A DNA stretch of 63,672 bases, filler included, from Octopus bimaculoides (Eukaryota), in NCBI RefSeq assembly GCF_001194135.2. It is 5 parts of 4 records of this genome, joined end to end, with 100 filler letters (N's around TTAATTAATTAA, not from the genome) between each part and the next. Parts side by side here need not be neighbours in the genome. Positions count along the whole stretch, not along the records: positions 45,070 to 56,895 come from NC_068991.1; positions 56,996 to 61,212 come from NC_069001.1; positions 61,313 to 63,672 come from NW_026363504.1; 2 more parts are not named here. The stretch is one strand, 5' to 3'. A program made the position numbers and the translations under genes. How positions within the stretch are numbered: position 1 is the stretch's first letter; every line of letters starts with the position of its first letter. This document shows positions 52,024-63,672 of this stretch, one piece after another. A model generated the notes under the pieces. It did not search any database and was not told where the DNA came from. It was given only the letters and a program-made list of their open reading frames with translations.

Positions 52024-52214
52024 GGAATGAGAGAGAGAGAGAGACACAAAGAGTGATACAGTAGAATGAGAGAACAGTTTCCGGTATTGTACAAATTTTC
52101 AATTTAGTGTTCAGATAAGCGTTAAATGAAGGTAATTTTCATTCGGTACAAAAGTACACTGTGATATATACGATCATTTATACCAGGAGCATGATAGACA
52201 CATGCACACACACA

Positions 52215-52268
<54 letters not shown>

Positions 52269-52648
52269 NNNNNNNNNNNNNNNNNNNNNNNNNNNNNNNN
52301 NNNNNNNNNNNNNNNNNNNNNNNNNNNNNNNNNNNNNNNNNNNNNNNNNNNNNNNNNNNNNNNNNNNNNNNNNNNNNNNNNNNNNNNNNNNNNNNNNNNN
52401 NNNNNNNNNNNNNNNNNNNNNNNNNNNNNNNNNNNNNNNNNNNNNNNNNNNNNNNNNNNNNNNNNNNNNNNNNNNNNNNNNNNNNNNNNNNNNNNNNNNN
52501 NNNNNNNNNNNNNNNNNNNNNNNNNNNNNNNNNNNNNNNNNNNNNNNNNNNNNNNNNNNNNNNNNNNNNNNNNNNNNNNNNNNNNNNNNNNNNNNNNNNN
52601 NNNNNNNNNNNNNNNNNNNNNNNNNNNNNNNNNNNNNNNNNNNNNNNN

Positions 52649-52681
<33 letters not shown>

Positions 52682-53596
52682 GTATATATATGCATGTATG
52701 TTCACAGATACACATTCGTGCATATGTGTACATTCGCATGTATATGTAAGTGCTCCTATGCCTATACATGTGTGTATATAAATATACACAGATACGCACA
52801 TATAGATGCATATATATATATATATATATATATATGTGTATATATATGCATATATACATACATATATATATATATGTATTTATATATGTATATATATGTG
52901 TGTATATATGTATTTATCTCTGTGTGTATACAAGCGTGTCTCTTCAACAGTATCTCTCGCAAGACAATATGGCCGACGACTACTTTCTGTTACACAAATC
53001 TCTTACATATATTTTATGTCAGCATGCGTACTTACTCACATACGAAATAACTCACGTGACAAGCAATGATTGGCCTTCAAACAGATATCTTGTGATCCAG
53101 ACATAATATAGTGATATTGCATTAATAGATATCTTACAATTACAGCATAGATTCTTTAATATGGCAGAGTGCCAGAGGAAAATAATTTACTCGCATATTC
53201 AGTTACCTGCGTCTTAAGTTCTAAGTTCAGGTTTCTTCAAGGTTACGTTTGCCTTTTAATTACTCTTGGAGCGATAATATAAATACAGAATGTCGGGATT
53301 GTTGTTTGGTAAAGCGCTTCGTTTTGCAAAAAGTGGATGGGTCCGAGTTTTATCCTACAAAGGGAGGAGGTATTTTTGCTTATTATATATCTTCTGCTGT
53401 TGCTGGAGTCTCGCTCTTTCAGGAACGTATTGTGAATCGAATTTCAAATACGGAAACTGAATAAATCCGCTACACACAAACACACACATATACATATGTA
53501 TGTGTGTGTGTGTGTGTGTGAGCGTGCAAGTATGCAAATATGTATATTTGTAAGCATATGTGTGTATATGTATATATGTATTTATGTAATTATATA

Positions 53597-53629
<33 letters not shown>

Positions 53630-54084
53630 CATGTGTGTGCATGTGTGTGCATTCATGTGAACATCTAATACGGTTGTACGCATTTCTTTCTGAAACTTAA
53701 TATTCTGCGTTGTTGTTGTTGTTGATGATGATGATGATGATGATGATGATAAAGAAGTAATTTCTGTTATTGTTGATATTGTTGTTGTTGTTCTTCTTCT
53801 TCTCCTCTTCGTCCTCCTTCATCTCCCCTCCTCCTTCTTCTTCTTCTTCTTCTTCTTCTTCTTCTTCTTCTTCTTCTTCTTCTTCTTCTTCNNNNNNNNN
53901 NNNNNNNNNNNNNNNNNNNNNNNNNNNNNNNNNNNNNNNNNNNNNNNNNNNNNNNNNNNNNNNNNNNNNNNNNNNNNNNNNNNNNNNNNNNNNNNNNNNN
54001 NNNNNNNNNNNNNNNNNNNNNNNNNNNNNNNNNNNNNNNNNNNNNNNNNNNNNNNNNNNNNNNNNNNNNNNNNNNNNNNNNNNN

Positions 54085-54188
<104 letters not shown>

Positions 54189-54616
54189 TCAGTCTTCGAA
54201 TGCATTCTCACCATTTCCGTAGTCCTTTACTGTTATTATTATTAAACCTGCCGATGCATATTCACCGTTTCCGTAGTCCTTTTAACAATCAAAAGTGGAT
54301 GTCCACGGCCAATACCATGTGCCTAAAGACCGTAGAATGACAGCTTGGAGTTGACCGCTATTTGCCTTTTAGTATTAATCTTTTTCGCATTTAGATTACT
54401 TTAGCAAATATGAGCCTCCTTTATTCACATAGTTTGAAGTGTTAACTTTCAAACCGGTCATATCTGTCCCAAATATCCAACCTGTTTATTGTTCAAACCA
54501 GCCGAATGAGACTTCTTATACCTAGCCTACAATGTCATCCTGCAAATAAGCAATCAGATCTTCAAAATCTGAAAGCTATGAAATAATACATGATTGATTC
54601 AAAACAATGTGAAGAT

Positions 54617-55002
54617 TGTTGTTTGCACTCCGTCGCTTACGACGTCGAGGGGTCCAGTTGATCCGATCAACGGAACTGCCTGCTCGTGAACTTAACGTGC
54701 AAGTGGCTGAGCACTCCACAGACACATGTACCCTTAACGTAATTCTCGGGGAGATTCAGCGAGACACAGTGTGACAAAGCTGGCCCTTTGAATTACAAGT
54801 ACAACAGAAACAGGAAGAAAGAGTGAGAGAAGGTTGTGGGGAAAGAGTACAGCAGGGTTCGCCACCATCCCTTGCCGGAGTCTCGTGGAGCTTTTAGGTG
54901 TTTTCGCTCAATAAACACTCACAACGCCTGGTCGGGGAATCGAAACCGCGATCCTATGACCGCGAGTCCGCTGCCCTAACCACTGGGCCATTGCGCCTCC
55001 AC
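54617..55002 (-). mobile_element. SINE family B copy with target-site duplication inside a MITE
   Basis: Direct repeat (ac)aatgtgaagat at 54604-54616 and 55001-55013. Confidence 0.85.
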
Positions 55003-56174
55003 AATGTGAAGATATAAGCATTACATTTGATTGAATAATCTGAATGCTAAAGGATTAGATTAATCGTGCATTATCTTTTATCTTCTAGCTTTAAAGTGTT
55101 GGTGATGTGATTCTGTTTTGCTCTTTTATTCTTTTACTTGTTTCAGTCATTTGACTGCGGCCATGCTGGAGCACCGCCTTTAGTCGAGCAAATCGACCCC
55201 GGGACTTATTCTTTGTAAGCCTAGTACTTATTCTATCGGTCTCTTTTTGCCGAACCGCTAGGTTACGGGGACGTAAACACACCAGCATCGGTTGTCAAGC
55301 GATGGTGGGGGGACAAACACAGACACACAAACATATATATATATATACATAGATACGACTGGCTTCTTTCAGTTTCCGTCTACCAAATCCACTCGCAAGG
55401 CTTTGGTCGGCCCGAGGCTATAGTAGAAGACACTTTCCCATGGTGCCACTCAGTGGGACTGAACCCGGAACTATGTGGTTAGTAAGGAGAATATTTGAGC
55501 CCGCTATGGCCGGTTTAAATGCTAAAGGATAAGGCATTCCTTAGAATTGTAGGATTTTTCGATTGCCACTTAGGGGCCCAGGGACATATTAGTACACTGT
55601 GTAAATCATTCCCCCTTTTTCAGTTTTCATTCAACCGATTATAGCAATATTTACCATTCACAGATTTTCTTAACTCATGTAGTAAAGTTCCTCACTTTTC
55701 ACCCATGTAGCAAACAACAAAAGATTAGCAATATGTTTGTCGGGTCAGTGGATACATGAACATCGGTCAAGTAGCAGCAGCGGCAGCAGTAGTAGCAGCA
55801 AACGAAACTTTATGAAGTATTGAGTTACGTCCCTTTGCATTCTCAATATAAATCCCATCGGGGGTTGAGTTTCCCTTTTATCTTTCCAAAGATCGATAAA
55901 ATCGACAGTATTCCCCCGCTGAAAATATATAGCCCGGTTCCTGTGTTCGTAAAAGAAATCAATAAATATGATTATCAAATAATGGCGTCTGTTTCAAATG
56001 TTGTTGTTGTTGTTGTTGTTGTTGTTCTTGTTTTGTGTTAAAGTATCCTTTTTATAGTCATCGGAACAGATGGCGCTCTTACTCACTGTCCGCTCCATTA
56101 CCTGCGCCACCGCTTCCTCTGCTAAAACAGACAAACTGGTAACATATGTTTCCTACCTGACAACATTCATTCAC

Positions 56175-56351
56175 TCATCGTCGTCGCCGCCGTCGTCATG
56201 ATCATCATCATCATCATCGTCATCGTCATCGTCATCGTCGTCCTCATCATTAACAGTAGTAGCAGGAACATCAGCAGCAGTAGCAGCAATATCATCATAA
56301 TCATCATCATCATCATCACATCCTCATCCTCATCCTCATCATCACCACCAC

Positions 56352-56382
<31 letters not shown>

Positions 56383-56895
56383 ATCGTCGTGGCCGTCATC
56401 ATCATCATCATCATCATCATCAGTAGTGGCAAGAACAGCAGCAGCAGCAGTGACAATATCATCATCATCACCATCACCATCACCATCATCACCGCCACCA
56501 TCACCACAACCATCACCATCACCACCATCAGTACCACCACGAACACAACCATCACTATCACCACCTCCACCACCTCCACCACCACCACCACCAACAACAA
56601 CAGCAATAACAACAACAACAACACCACCACCACTTTACAACTATCACTACTGTCCACAACCATCATCAACATCAACATCATCATCACCATCATCATCATC
56701 ATCATCATCATGAAGACCCAGCAGCATACCACCTCCTTCGCCACCACCCCTAACACTATTGCAACACCCCACTACCAGCGACCGTACCATCGCCAATACC
56801 AGTGCCTCCACGACCTTTATCATCATCATCATTATCATCAACAACAACAACAAAAACAAGCCCCCACCCCACCCACAACCACAACTACAAGAACA
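56175..56895. repeat. Trinucleotide low-complexity tract (CAT/CAC/CAA/CGT); a similar tract lies at 11930-12320
   Basis: Directly visible. The poly-Ile/Ser/Thr/Pro ORFs here have no splice or homology support. Confidence 0.9.
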
Positions 56896-59400
56896 NNNNN
56901 NNNNNNNNNNNNNNNNNNNNNNNNNNNNNNNNNNNNNNNTTAATTAATTAANNNNNNNNNNNNNNNNNNNNNNNNNNNNNNNNNNNNNNNNNNNNGAAAA
57001 AAAAAAAAAAAAAACATTTTCTGTATTTGCATTAATATCTCTTCAGTATGTTTAAAATTCTTAAAAATAGTTAAAACACAATATTCTTTGATATGAAAAC
57101 TAAGCCAAGATTCGAACCCGGAATTACAAATTAAAATTAATCGCTAAGGACGGAATTGTAATGAGAAAGATTTTCAACAGCAACTTAAATCCCATTTTAA
57201 TCTTCTTTATATAACAACCTGCTTGAGGCTGTCCTTTGTTCTTTGACACAAACTTTTTGTTTTAACTGTTTAGCATACAAATTACTCTATCTGATGTAAC
57301 GCTTATTTATTCACATTGTTTTGAATTAATTAGCTGTAATCTCATAGCTTTGTGATTTCGATGATGTGATAACTTATTTTTGTAATAGCATTGTAAAGAA
57401 TGTGCGTGTGGCTCAAATGTGGTTGGTTTGAACTTAAAACAAGGCAGAATATTTTGGCTGGATATGGCTGATTTGAATGTTGAAGAGCTAAAGTGATCTA
57501 AATTAAAACCTTCCAACAAAATTTCTTGCTCATTTGTTCTCAACACTGGTTTAATAATGACAAGGTTATTTTGCTAAATTTTTTTAATATTTTTAAGAAA
57601 ATGATTGAAACAGAGGCAGCATAATTTAGGATTAATGAAAATGAAACAGCTATTGTATTTTTAGAATTGTCTGTATCAATAATTCAAACACAGGCATATT
57701 GATTGTAGTTATTATCAATTTTGTTTATGCAAATCTAATTATGAATAATGTCAAGTAAAATTGTGATGGCACCTGTACCAGTGGAGCGCTAAGAGCACAG
57801 TTCAAGCGTGATTGTTGTCAGAGCAGCTGTCTGGCTTCCATGCCGGTGGCATGTAAATAGCACCATTTGAGCGTGATCGTTACCAGAGTCGCCTTCCTGG
57901 CACTTGTGCCAGTGGCACGTGAAAAGACATTCGAGTGAGATCGTTGCCAGTGCCGCTGGACTGGCACCTCTGCAGGTGGCACGTAAAATACACCATTCTG
58001 AGTGTGGCCGTTGCCAGTAAAGCACCCACTACACTCTCGGAGTGCACAGGGCTGGATTAAGACCCACAAAGGCCATAAGCACTTAAAATATTTTGGTACC
58101 CCCATATATATGTACTTAAAAATATGCAATAATAAACAAAAAAAAATTTTTTTTTTTTTTTTCAAAATGAAACAAATAGCATGATGGAAAAAATAATGTC
58201 TATTTTTGTATATTTCCACTTCATTTATATTTAAAAAATTTTTTCCTACTTTTTTTTTTAATTGTAANNNNNNNNNNNNNNNNNNNNNNNNNNNNNNNNN
58301 NNNNNNNNNNNNNNNNNNNNNNNNNNNNNNNNNNNNNNNNNNNNNNNNNNNNNNNNNNNNNNNNNNNNNNNNNNNNNNNNNNNNNNNNNNNNNNNNNNNN
58401 NNNNNNNNNNNNNNNNNNNNNNNNNNNNNNNNNNNNNNNNNNNNNNNNNNNNNNNNNNNNNNNNNNNNNNNNNNNNNNNNNNNNNNNNNNNNNNNNNNNN
58501 NNNNNNNNNNNNNNNNNNNNNNNNNNNNNNNNNNNNNNNNNNNNNNNNNNNNNNNNNNNNNNNNNNNNNNNNNNNNNNNNNNNNNNNNNNNNNNNNNNNN
58601 NNNNNNNNNNNNNNNNNNNNNNNNNNNNNNNNNNNNNNNNNNNNNNNNNNNNNNNNNNNNNNNNNNNNNNNNNNNNNNNNNNNNNNNNNNNNNNNNNNNN
58701 NNNNNNNNNNNNNNNNNNNNNNNNNNNNNNNNNNNNNNNNNNNNNNNNNNNNNNNNNNNNNNNNNNNNNNNNNNNNNNNNNNNNNNNNNNNNNNNNNNNN
58801 NNNNNNNNNNNNNNNNNNNNNNNNNNNNNNNNNNNNNNNNNNNNNNNNNNNNNNNNNNNNNNNNNNNNNNNNNNNNNNNNNNNNNNNNNNNNNNNNNNNN
58901 NNNNNNNNNNNNNNNNNNNNNNNNNNNNNNNNNNNNNNNNNNNNNNNNNNNNNNNNNNNNNNNNNNNNNNNNNNNNNNNNNNNNNNNNNNNNNNNNNNNN
59001 NNNNNNNNNNNNNNNNNNNNNNNNNNNNNNNNNNNNNNNNNNNNNNNNNNNNNNNNNNNNNNNNNNNNNNNNNNNNNNNNNNNNNNNNNNNNNNNNNNNN
59101 NNNNNNNNNNNNNNNNNNNNNNNNNNNNNNNNNNNNNNNNNNNNNNNNNNNNNNNNNNNNNNNNNNNNNNNNNNGCTGACGAGACAAACAATTATTTATC
59201 ATCATCATTATTATTATTATTATTATTATTGTTTCAAATTTTGGCAGAAGGCCAGCAATTTTAGCTGGAGGGAGTTAGCCAATTATATCAGCCCCAAGAA
59301 TTTGATTGGTACTTTATTTTATCGATCCTGAAAGGATGAAGGGGGAAGTCGATCTGAGAGGGGGGAGAGGGTGCAATCATCATCATTATTATGATTATTA

Positions 59401-59860
59401 CTGAGTGAAAGAGCAGTCCACACCATCAAAGTGACGCTGGGGTACAAATATATGAAGCCCAGTATACCCACCATGACTACCCGTCTGATAAGGGTACACC
59501 AGACACGTGTATCAAGTTAAACTATTATCATTGTTGAGTGAGAGAGAGCAGTGCGTGCCATCAAAGTGACATTAGGGTAAAATATATAAGGCCCAATATA
59601 TCCATCATGACTACCTGTCTGATAAGGGTACACCAGGCACAGGCATCACAACCATATGTGCATGACATGGTGATCTCACATCAAGATAAACAGCGCATGG
59701 CTTTGCAGGTGGGGCCCAGTTAGAATTTTCTTTAGGTTGAGTAGCCCATCCCGCTCAAAGGGTCCTGAATAAGGTTTGTTTAAGGATGTTGAACAAAACA
59801 CCCATGTTTCCAGAGAGGAATTATTCAAACCCCAAAGAATTCCTCTCAACACATGGCTAT
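59401..59860 (+). mobile_element. Interspersed repeat with a tandemly duplicated ~115-bp head
   Basis: tgagtga(a/g)agagcagt..ccatcaaagtgac..ctgataagggtacaccag occurs at about 59402 and 59534. Flanked by (ATT)n. Class not determined. Confidence 0.5.
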
Positions 59861-60422
59861 TTATCATCATCATTATTATTATTATTATTATTATTATCAA
59901 CATCATTGTTATTATCATGGTGATCAGCTGGTGAAATTGTTAGCACACAGGACAAGACGCTTAGCAGTATACATTTTCTGGCTCCTTACATTCTGAGTTC
60001 AGATTCTACCAAGGTCGATGCTGCTTGTCAATCCCTTCCAGGATGGATGAAATAAGTACCGATCAAGAACAAGGGGTCCATGTAATGAACTTGCCCCTTC
60101 TTTTCAAAATTGCCGACTTTGTGTCAAAATTAGAAAGAATTATTCTTATTATCATATTTCTTCTTTTTTTTTTTTGGTTTCCTTTTTTTTCCTAAGGAGC
60201 AACTAAATAGAAAGTCCTTTTNNNNNNNNNNACTTGCCCCTTCTTTTCAAAATTGCCGACTTTGTGTCAAAATTAGAAAGAATTATTCTTATTATCATAT
60301 TTCTTTTTTTTTTTGGTTTCCTTTTTTTTCCTAAGGAGCAACTAAATAGAAAGTCCTTTTATAATGAAGGAGAACAGATGATTGGGGGTTAGGGTCAATG
60401 GGACGAGTAAGCTATGACATAC

Positions 60423-60625
60423 CGCTCTATGACAGTCTTAATTTGGTCGTCTTTCTCAGCCTGCTGTTTGCGCATTCGTTCCTCACTCTCCTCTAAACGT
60501 TGTTGCCAATCCTGCATCATCTGTTGCGTACCCGATTCTTGGGTGAATAGCATACGTTCAGCTTCATGAAGACGGGATTGCGTCTCCAGTAACTGCTTCT
60601 TCAACGTAGAAACTTCTTTCTCGTA
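60423..60625 (-). CDS. RASAL2: Exon of a SynGAP/RASAL2(nGAP)/DAB2IP-family Ras GTPase-activating protein, C-terminal coiled coil (203 nt, phase 0 to 2)
   Basis: Acceptor tttcttctacttacag| and donor CG|gtatgt. YEKEVSTLKKQLLETQSRLHEAERMLFTQESGTQQMMQDWQQRLEESEERMRKQQAEKDDQIKTVIER aligns by eye with SynGAP [68 protein letters not shown]. The symbol is family-level only. Confidence 0.85.
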
Positions 60626-60765
60626 CTGTAAGTAGAAGAAATGTTGAGTTTCTCTCAAGTCTAGTAGATAGGAGGGGGGAGGGGGAGAATGAAAGAGAGA
60701 GAGAGAGAGAGAGAGAGAGACAAAGAGATAGGCAGGCAGAGAGAAAGTGGGACAGAAGGACAGGC

Positions 60766-60798
<33 letters not shown>

Positions 60799-61179
60799 GG
60801 GAGAGAGAGAGAGGGAGAGACAAACGGAGAAAAAGTGAGATAGGACAGAGACAGAAAGACAAAGAGAGAGAGAGAGAGAAGGGGTTAGAGAATGACAGAC
60901 AGACAATGTGAGAAAGAGACAGAGACAAAGAGAGAGATGGGCAGAATGAGAGAGAGGAAAGACTGACAGAGAAGAGACAGAAAGCAAGAAAGAGAGAGAG
61001 AGACAGACAGTCGGAAAGAGTGATGAAAATGGAGAGAGAGAAAAAGAGAGAGATAGAGAAACAAATAGAGTGAGAGAGAGATAGAGACAGGCACAGAGAG
61101 AGAGAGAGAGAGAGAAAGAAAGTATGAGAAAAGCAGAGAGTCTGAAAGAGACAGGCTGAGTGAGAGAGAGAGACAGAGT

Positions 61180-61212
<33 letters not shown>

Positions 61213-61671
61213 NNNNNNNNNNNNNNNNNNNNNNNNNNNNNNNNNNNNNNNNNNNNTTAATTAATTAANNNNNNNNNNNNNNNNNNNNNNNNNNNNNNNN
61301 NNNNNNNNNNNNTACGTTGTATATTGTTAATTTAGTGTATAATCACTAGTGTATATATCTTTAAACATGGCTATATAATGATAAGAAATCTTGTTTGGTA
61401 AAGCCTTTTCTTTCTGTTGTTCTTCAATTATCAAGTCTCTGATATACACTCGTCATTATCTTTCACTAATTATATATTCTTTTGTGAATCACAAAGTGTA
61501 AGTTCGGAGCTATTCTCTATTGAATTGTGTAAATTTGTTGAATAGTCTGCAGTACATTTACTGTGTATAGTGTTTAGCAGTGAGTGTATACATTAATTCT
61601 CCATAACTATATCTGTGAGACTACTAACTATATAAATACACACACACACATACATATAGATATATACATAC

Positions 61672-61752
<81 letters not shown>

Positions 61753-62444
61753 GAGAACATTCTCAATGAATCTGATTCATCTCTCATATAAGTATAATGG
61801 TGAATAAGAATTGTTATAAATCTATCTGCCAAAATTAGACTTGTCTGTTTGTCTATCTGTCTGTCTGTCTTTCTCTCTCTCTCTCTCCCTCCCTTCTCTC
61901 TCTCTCTTTCTAACACACACACACACACACATTCTTATTTATATAACATAGAATACAGTATTGTTGTTATATTTCAATATAAATTTCATTATATTATGCT
62001 ATCTCACATTATTGTATGTAATGTAGACATCAACTTTCCCTCTGGGTCTCTGTTAGAAATAATTTATGACATTTTTTCATCTGTAAGAGAGTAAAAGGGG
62101 CCTCTTTAAGGGTTAACTTGCAATCATATGTGAGAACCATTACAAAGGGACACATAAATGAAAAGATAGACGCTCGGAATAACAGAGAGATAGAGAGAAA
62201 GAGAGAGAGAGAGAGAGAGAAGAAGAAGCCTCTTGCTAGAATCATTTTGGAATGAAGATTTTCTTTATTAAAAAACAGTGGTTGATGTTAAGTTGAAGAT
62301 GTCAATGATTAAGATCCAATAATTTTTGTTGTATGTGATGAAGTTATTTTCTACAAGAGAGTCATTTTCTTCCATTTGTGTGTCAGCAGCAATATCCCCA
62401 ACAAAATTATCTGAGATTTGAGTGAGTAATTAAGAATGAAATAG

Positions 62445-62488
<44 letters not shown>

Positions 62489-63097
62489 TGAGAGGTATCA
62501 TCACCGAATTTTGATGTTGAATGAAAAGTGAAAGGATAGCCTGTAATGTTCCTACAGTTAAATATCCTCAGTTTTGTTACTTCATGGAAAAGCTAGTGAA
62601 TAGAAAAAGATGACGATACCAAATTTTTTAAGAAAATATCAAATGGTAACAAGAAATTTCTGACCAAATCGCAAGCTAAAATAAGGGAGATAATAAAACA
62701 TTGTAAGCACCATAAATGCAGTTACCTCCCGTATCTATTTTGTGTAACTTCACTTTAAGGAGATATTCAAGACTACTTCGAAAAAGTCAGAAATTCTTGT
62801 CAAATACCCTATTTCAACTTTCTTTTAGCAAACCAAGAATTTATATCCCTTCTCGTCATAGAAGAGAATTTAGGGTAGAAAAGACTTAAATTAAGGAAAC
62901 TTTGAACGAAACTAAAATGTCCCATAAACATAAATAACTTTCTTTCATGTTTACCATAATTATTTTGAAATTTTAAACAATTTCAACAAAAGATTCTTTC
63001 TAAAACCTCCAACTTTCAGTGAAATATTTCAATGAAAATATTCTATTTTTTTCTTTACTTTCAGATAAAACCACGAGATTTCATTTAACATTCTGTG

Positions 63098-63672
63098 ATG
63101 GAAGTAGACTGTGTGTGGAATACATACTTACTTGCAAATGTCCTCAATCTATTACTACACAGTTGTGTCTGTGTAGATCTGAGCTATCATGTAGAAGAAG
63201 AAAGCAATCCCTTTACTTTTGTTGGGGATATTGCTGCTGACACACAGATGGAAGAAACGAACCCTCTTGTAGAAAATAACTTCATCACATACAACCAAAT
63301 GCAACAACAATGGACAGAGAATTCACATTTATTCAATGTCACACAAGATGGTAAATTATACACGGCTCAAACACTGGATGCTGAGAAACTGTGTACACAC
63401 GAATCAGAGTGTGTTAGATACATCAAAGTTGCTGTACATAGAAGGAAGACATTTTTGAAAATTATTAAAATTAAAGTAATTATAGAAGACATTAATGACC
63501 ACAGCCCTGAGTTTCCTCAAAAAGAAATAAATATGACCTTTGATGAGCGTGATGGAGAAGGTGCTGAAGAATTAATTCCAGATGCCTTTGACAAAGATAT
63601 TGGAATGGAAAACTCAGAAATAACATATAAATTGAAGAAACAATTTAGTGATCCATTTATATTGTCTGTGAG
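63098..63672 (+). CDS. PCDH: Protocadherin, N-terminal part (signal peptide, EC1, start of EC2); runs off the window
   Basis: ATG at 63098 follows an acceptor (tttctttactttcag| ending at 63064). Translation MEVDCVWNTYLLANVLNLLLHSCVC-VDLSYHVEEE..FVGDIAAD..LYTAQTLDAEKLCTHESEC..IEDINDHSPEF..DAFDKDIG shows a signal peptide, a C-X5-C motif, DxNDxxPxF and AxDxD cadherin motifs. It is absent from the ORF track because there is no stop in the window. Confidence 0.95.
   Translation, partial: MEVDCVWNTYLLANVLNLLLHSCVCVDLSYHVEEESNPFTFVGDIAADTQMEETNPLVENNFITYNQMQQQWTENSHLFNVTQDGKLYTAQTLDAEKLCTHESECVRYIKVAVHRRKTFLKIIKIKVIIEDINDHSPEFPQKEINMTFDERDGEGAEELIPDAFDKDIGMENSEITYKLKKQFSDPFILSV

Noticed and set aside
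56086-56120. Purine-rich minus-strand mini-exon candidate (ttttag|cagagg..gaca|gtgagt)
   Set aside because: It does not encode the expected RasGAP continuation (L..VEEELRRE) in the required phase, and nothing else supports it.
60090-60360. Direct ~130-bp duplication; similar ones at 30669-30748 and 10455-10560
   Set aside because: Each straddles an N10 gap, typical of unmerged contig overlaps.

Overview
AT-rich, microsatellite-saturated eukaryotic genomic DNA. It is very probably an octopus (inference from the cephalopod-type protocadherin and the SINE/RTE landscape). Four ~100-bp N-gaps carry a central TTAATTAATTAA linker (23792, 45014, 56940, 61257) and split the window into five blocks whose adjacency is not guaranteed. 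Most ORF-track entries are microsatellite or gap read-throughs. Real coding sequence: (1) four phase-consistent minus-strand exons of an Atos/FAM214A-family gene (43148-41495, 33367-33248, 28777-28707, 25843-25714); (2) one minus-strand exon (60625-60423) encoding the C-terminal coiled coil of a SynGAP/RASAL2/DAB2IP-type RasGAP; (3) the 5' end of a plus-strand protocadherin (63098 to window end), which the ORF track misses. The rest is tRNA-derived SINEs, RTE LINE remnants, mariner/piggyBac/Helentron-type MITEs, foldback elements and minisatellites. The most unusual signal is a set of Penelope-type minimal type I hammerhead ribozyme motifs in different element contexts: inside the loop of a 313-bp foldback with ~95-bp inverted arms (36611-36923), in a fragment with a 10-bp stem I (30841-30912), at the 3' end of a TSD-flanked tRNA-headed SINE (35552-35785), and a variant at 48130-48165. 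All structure and homology calls were made by eye, with no searches run.
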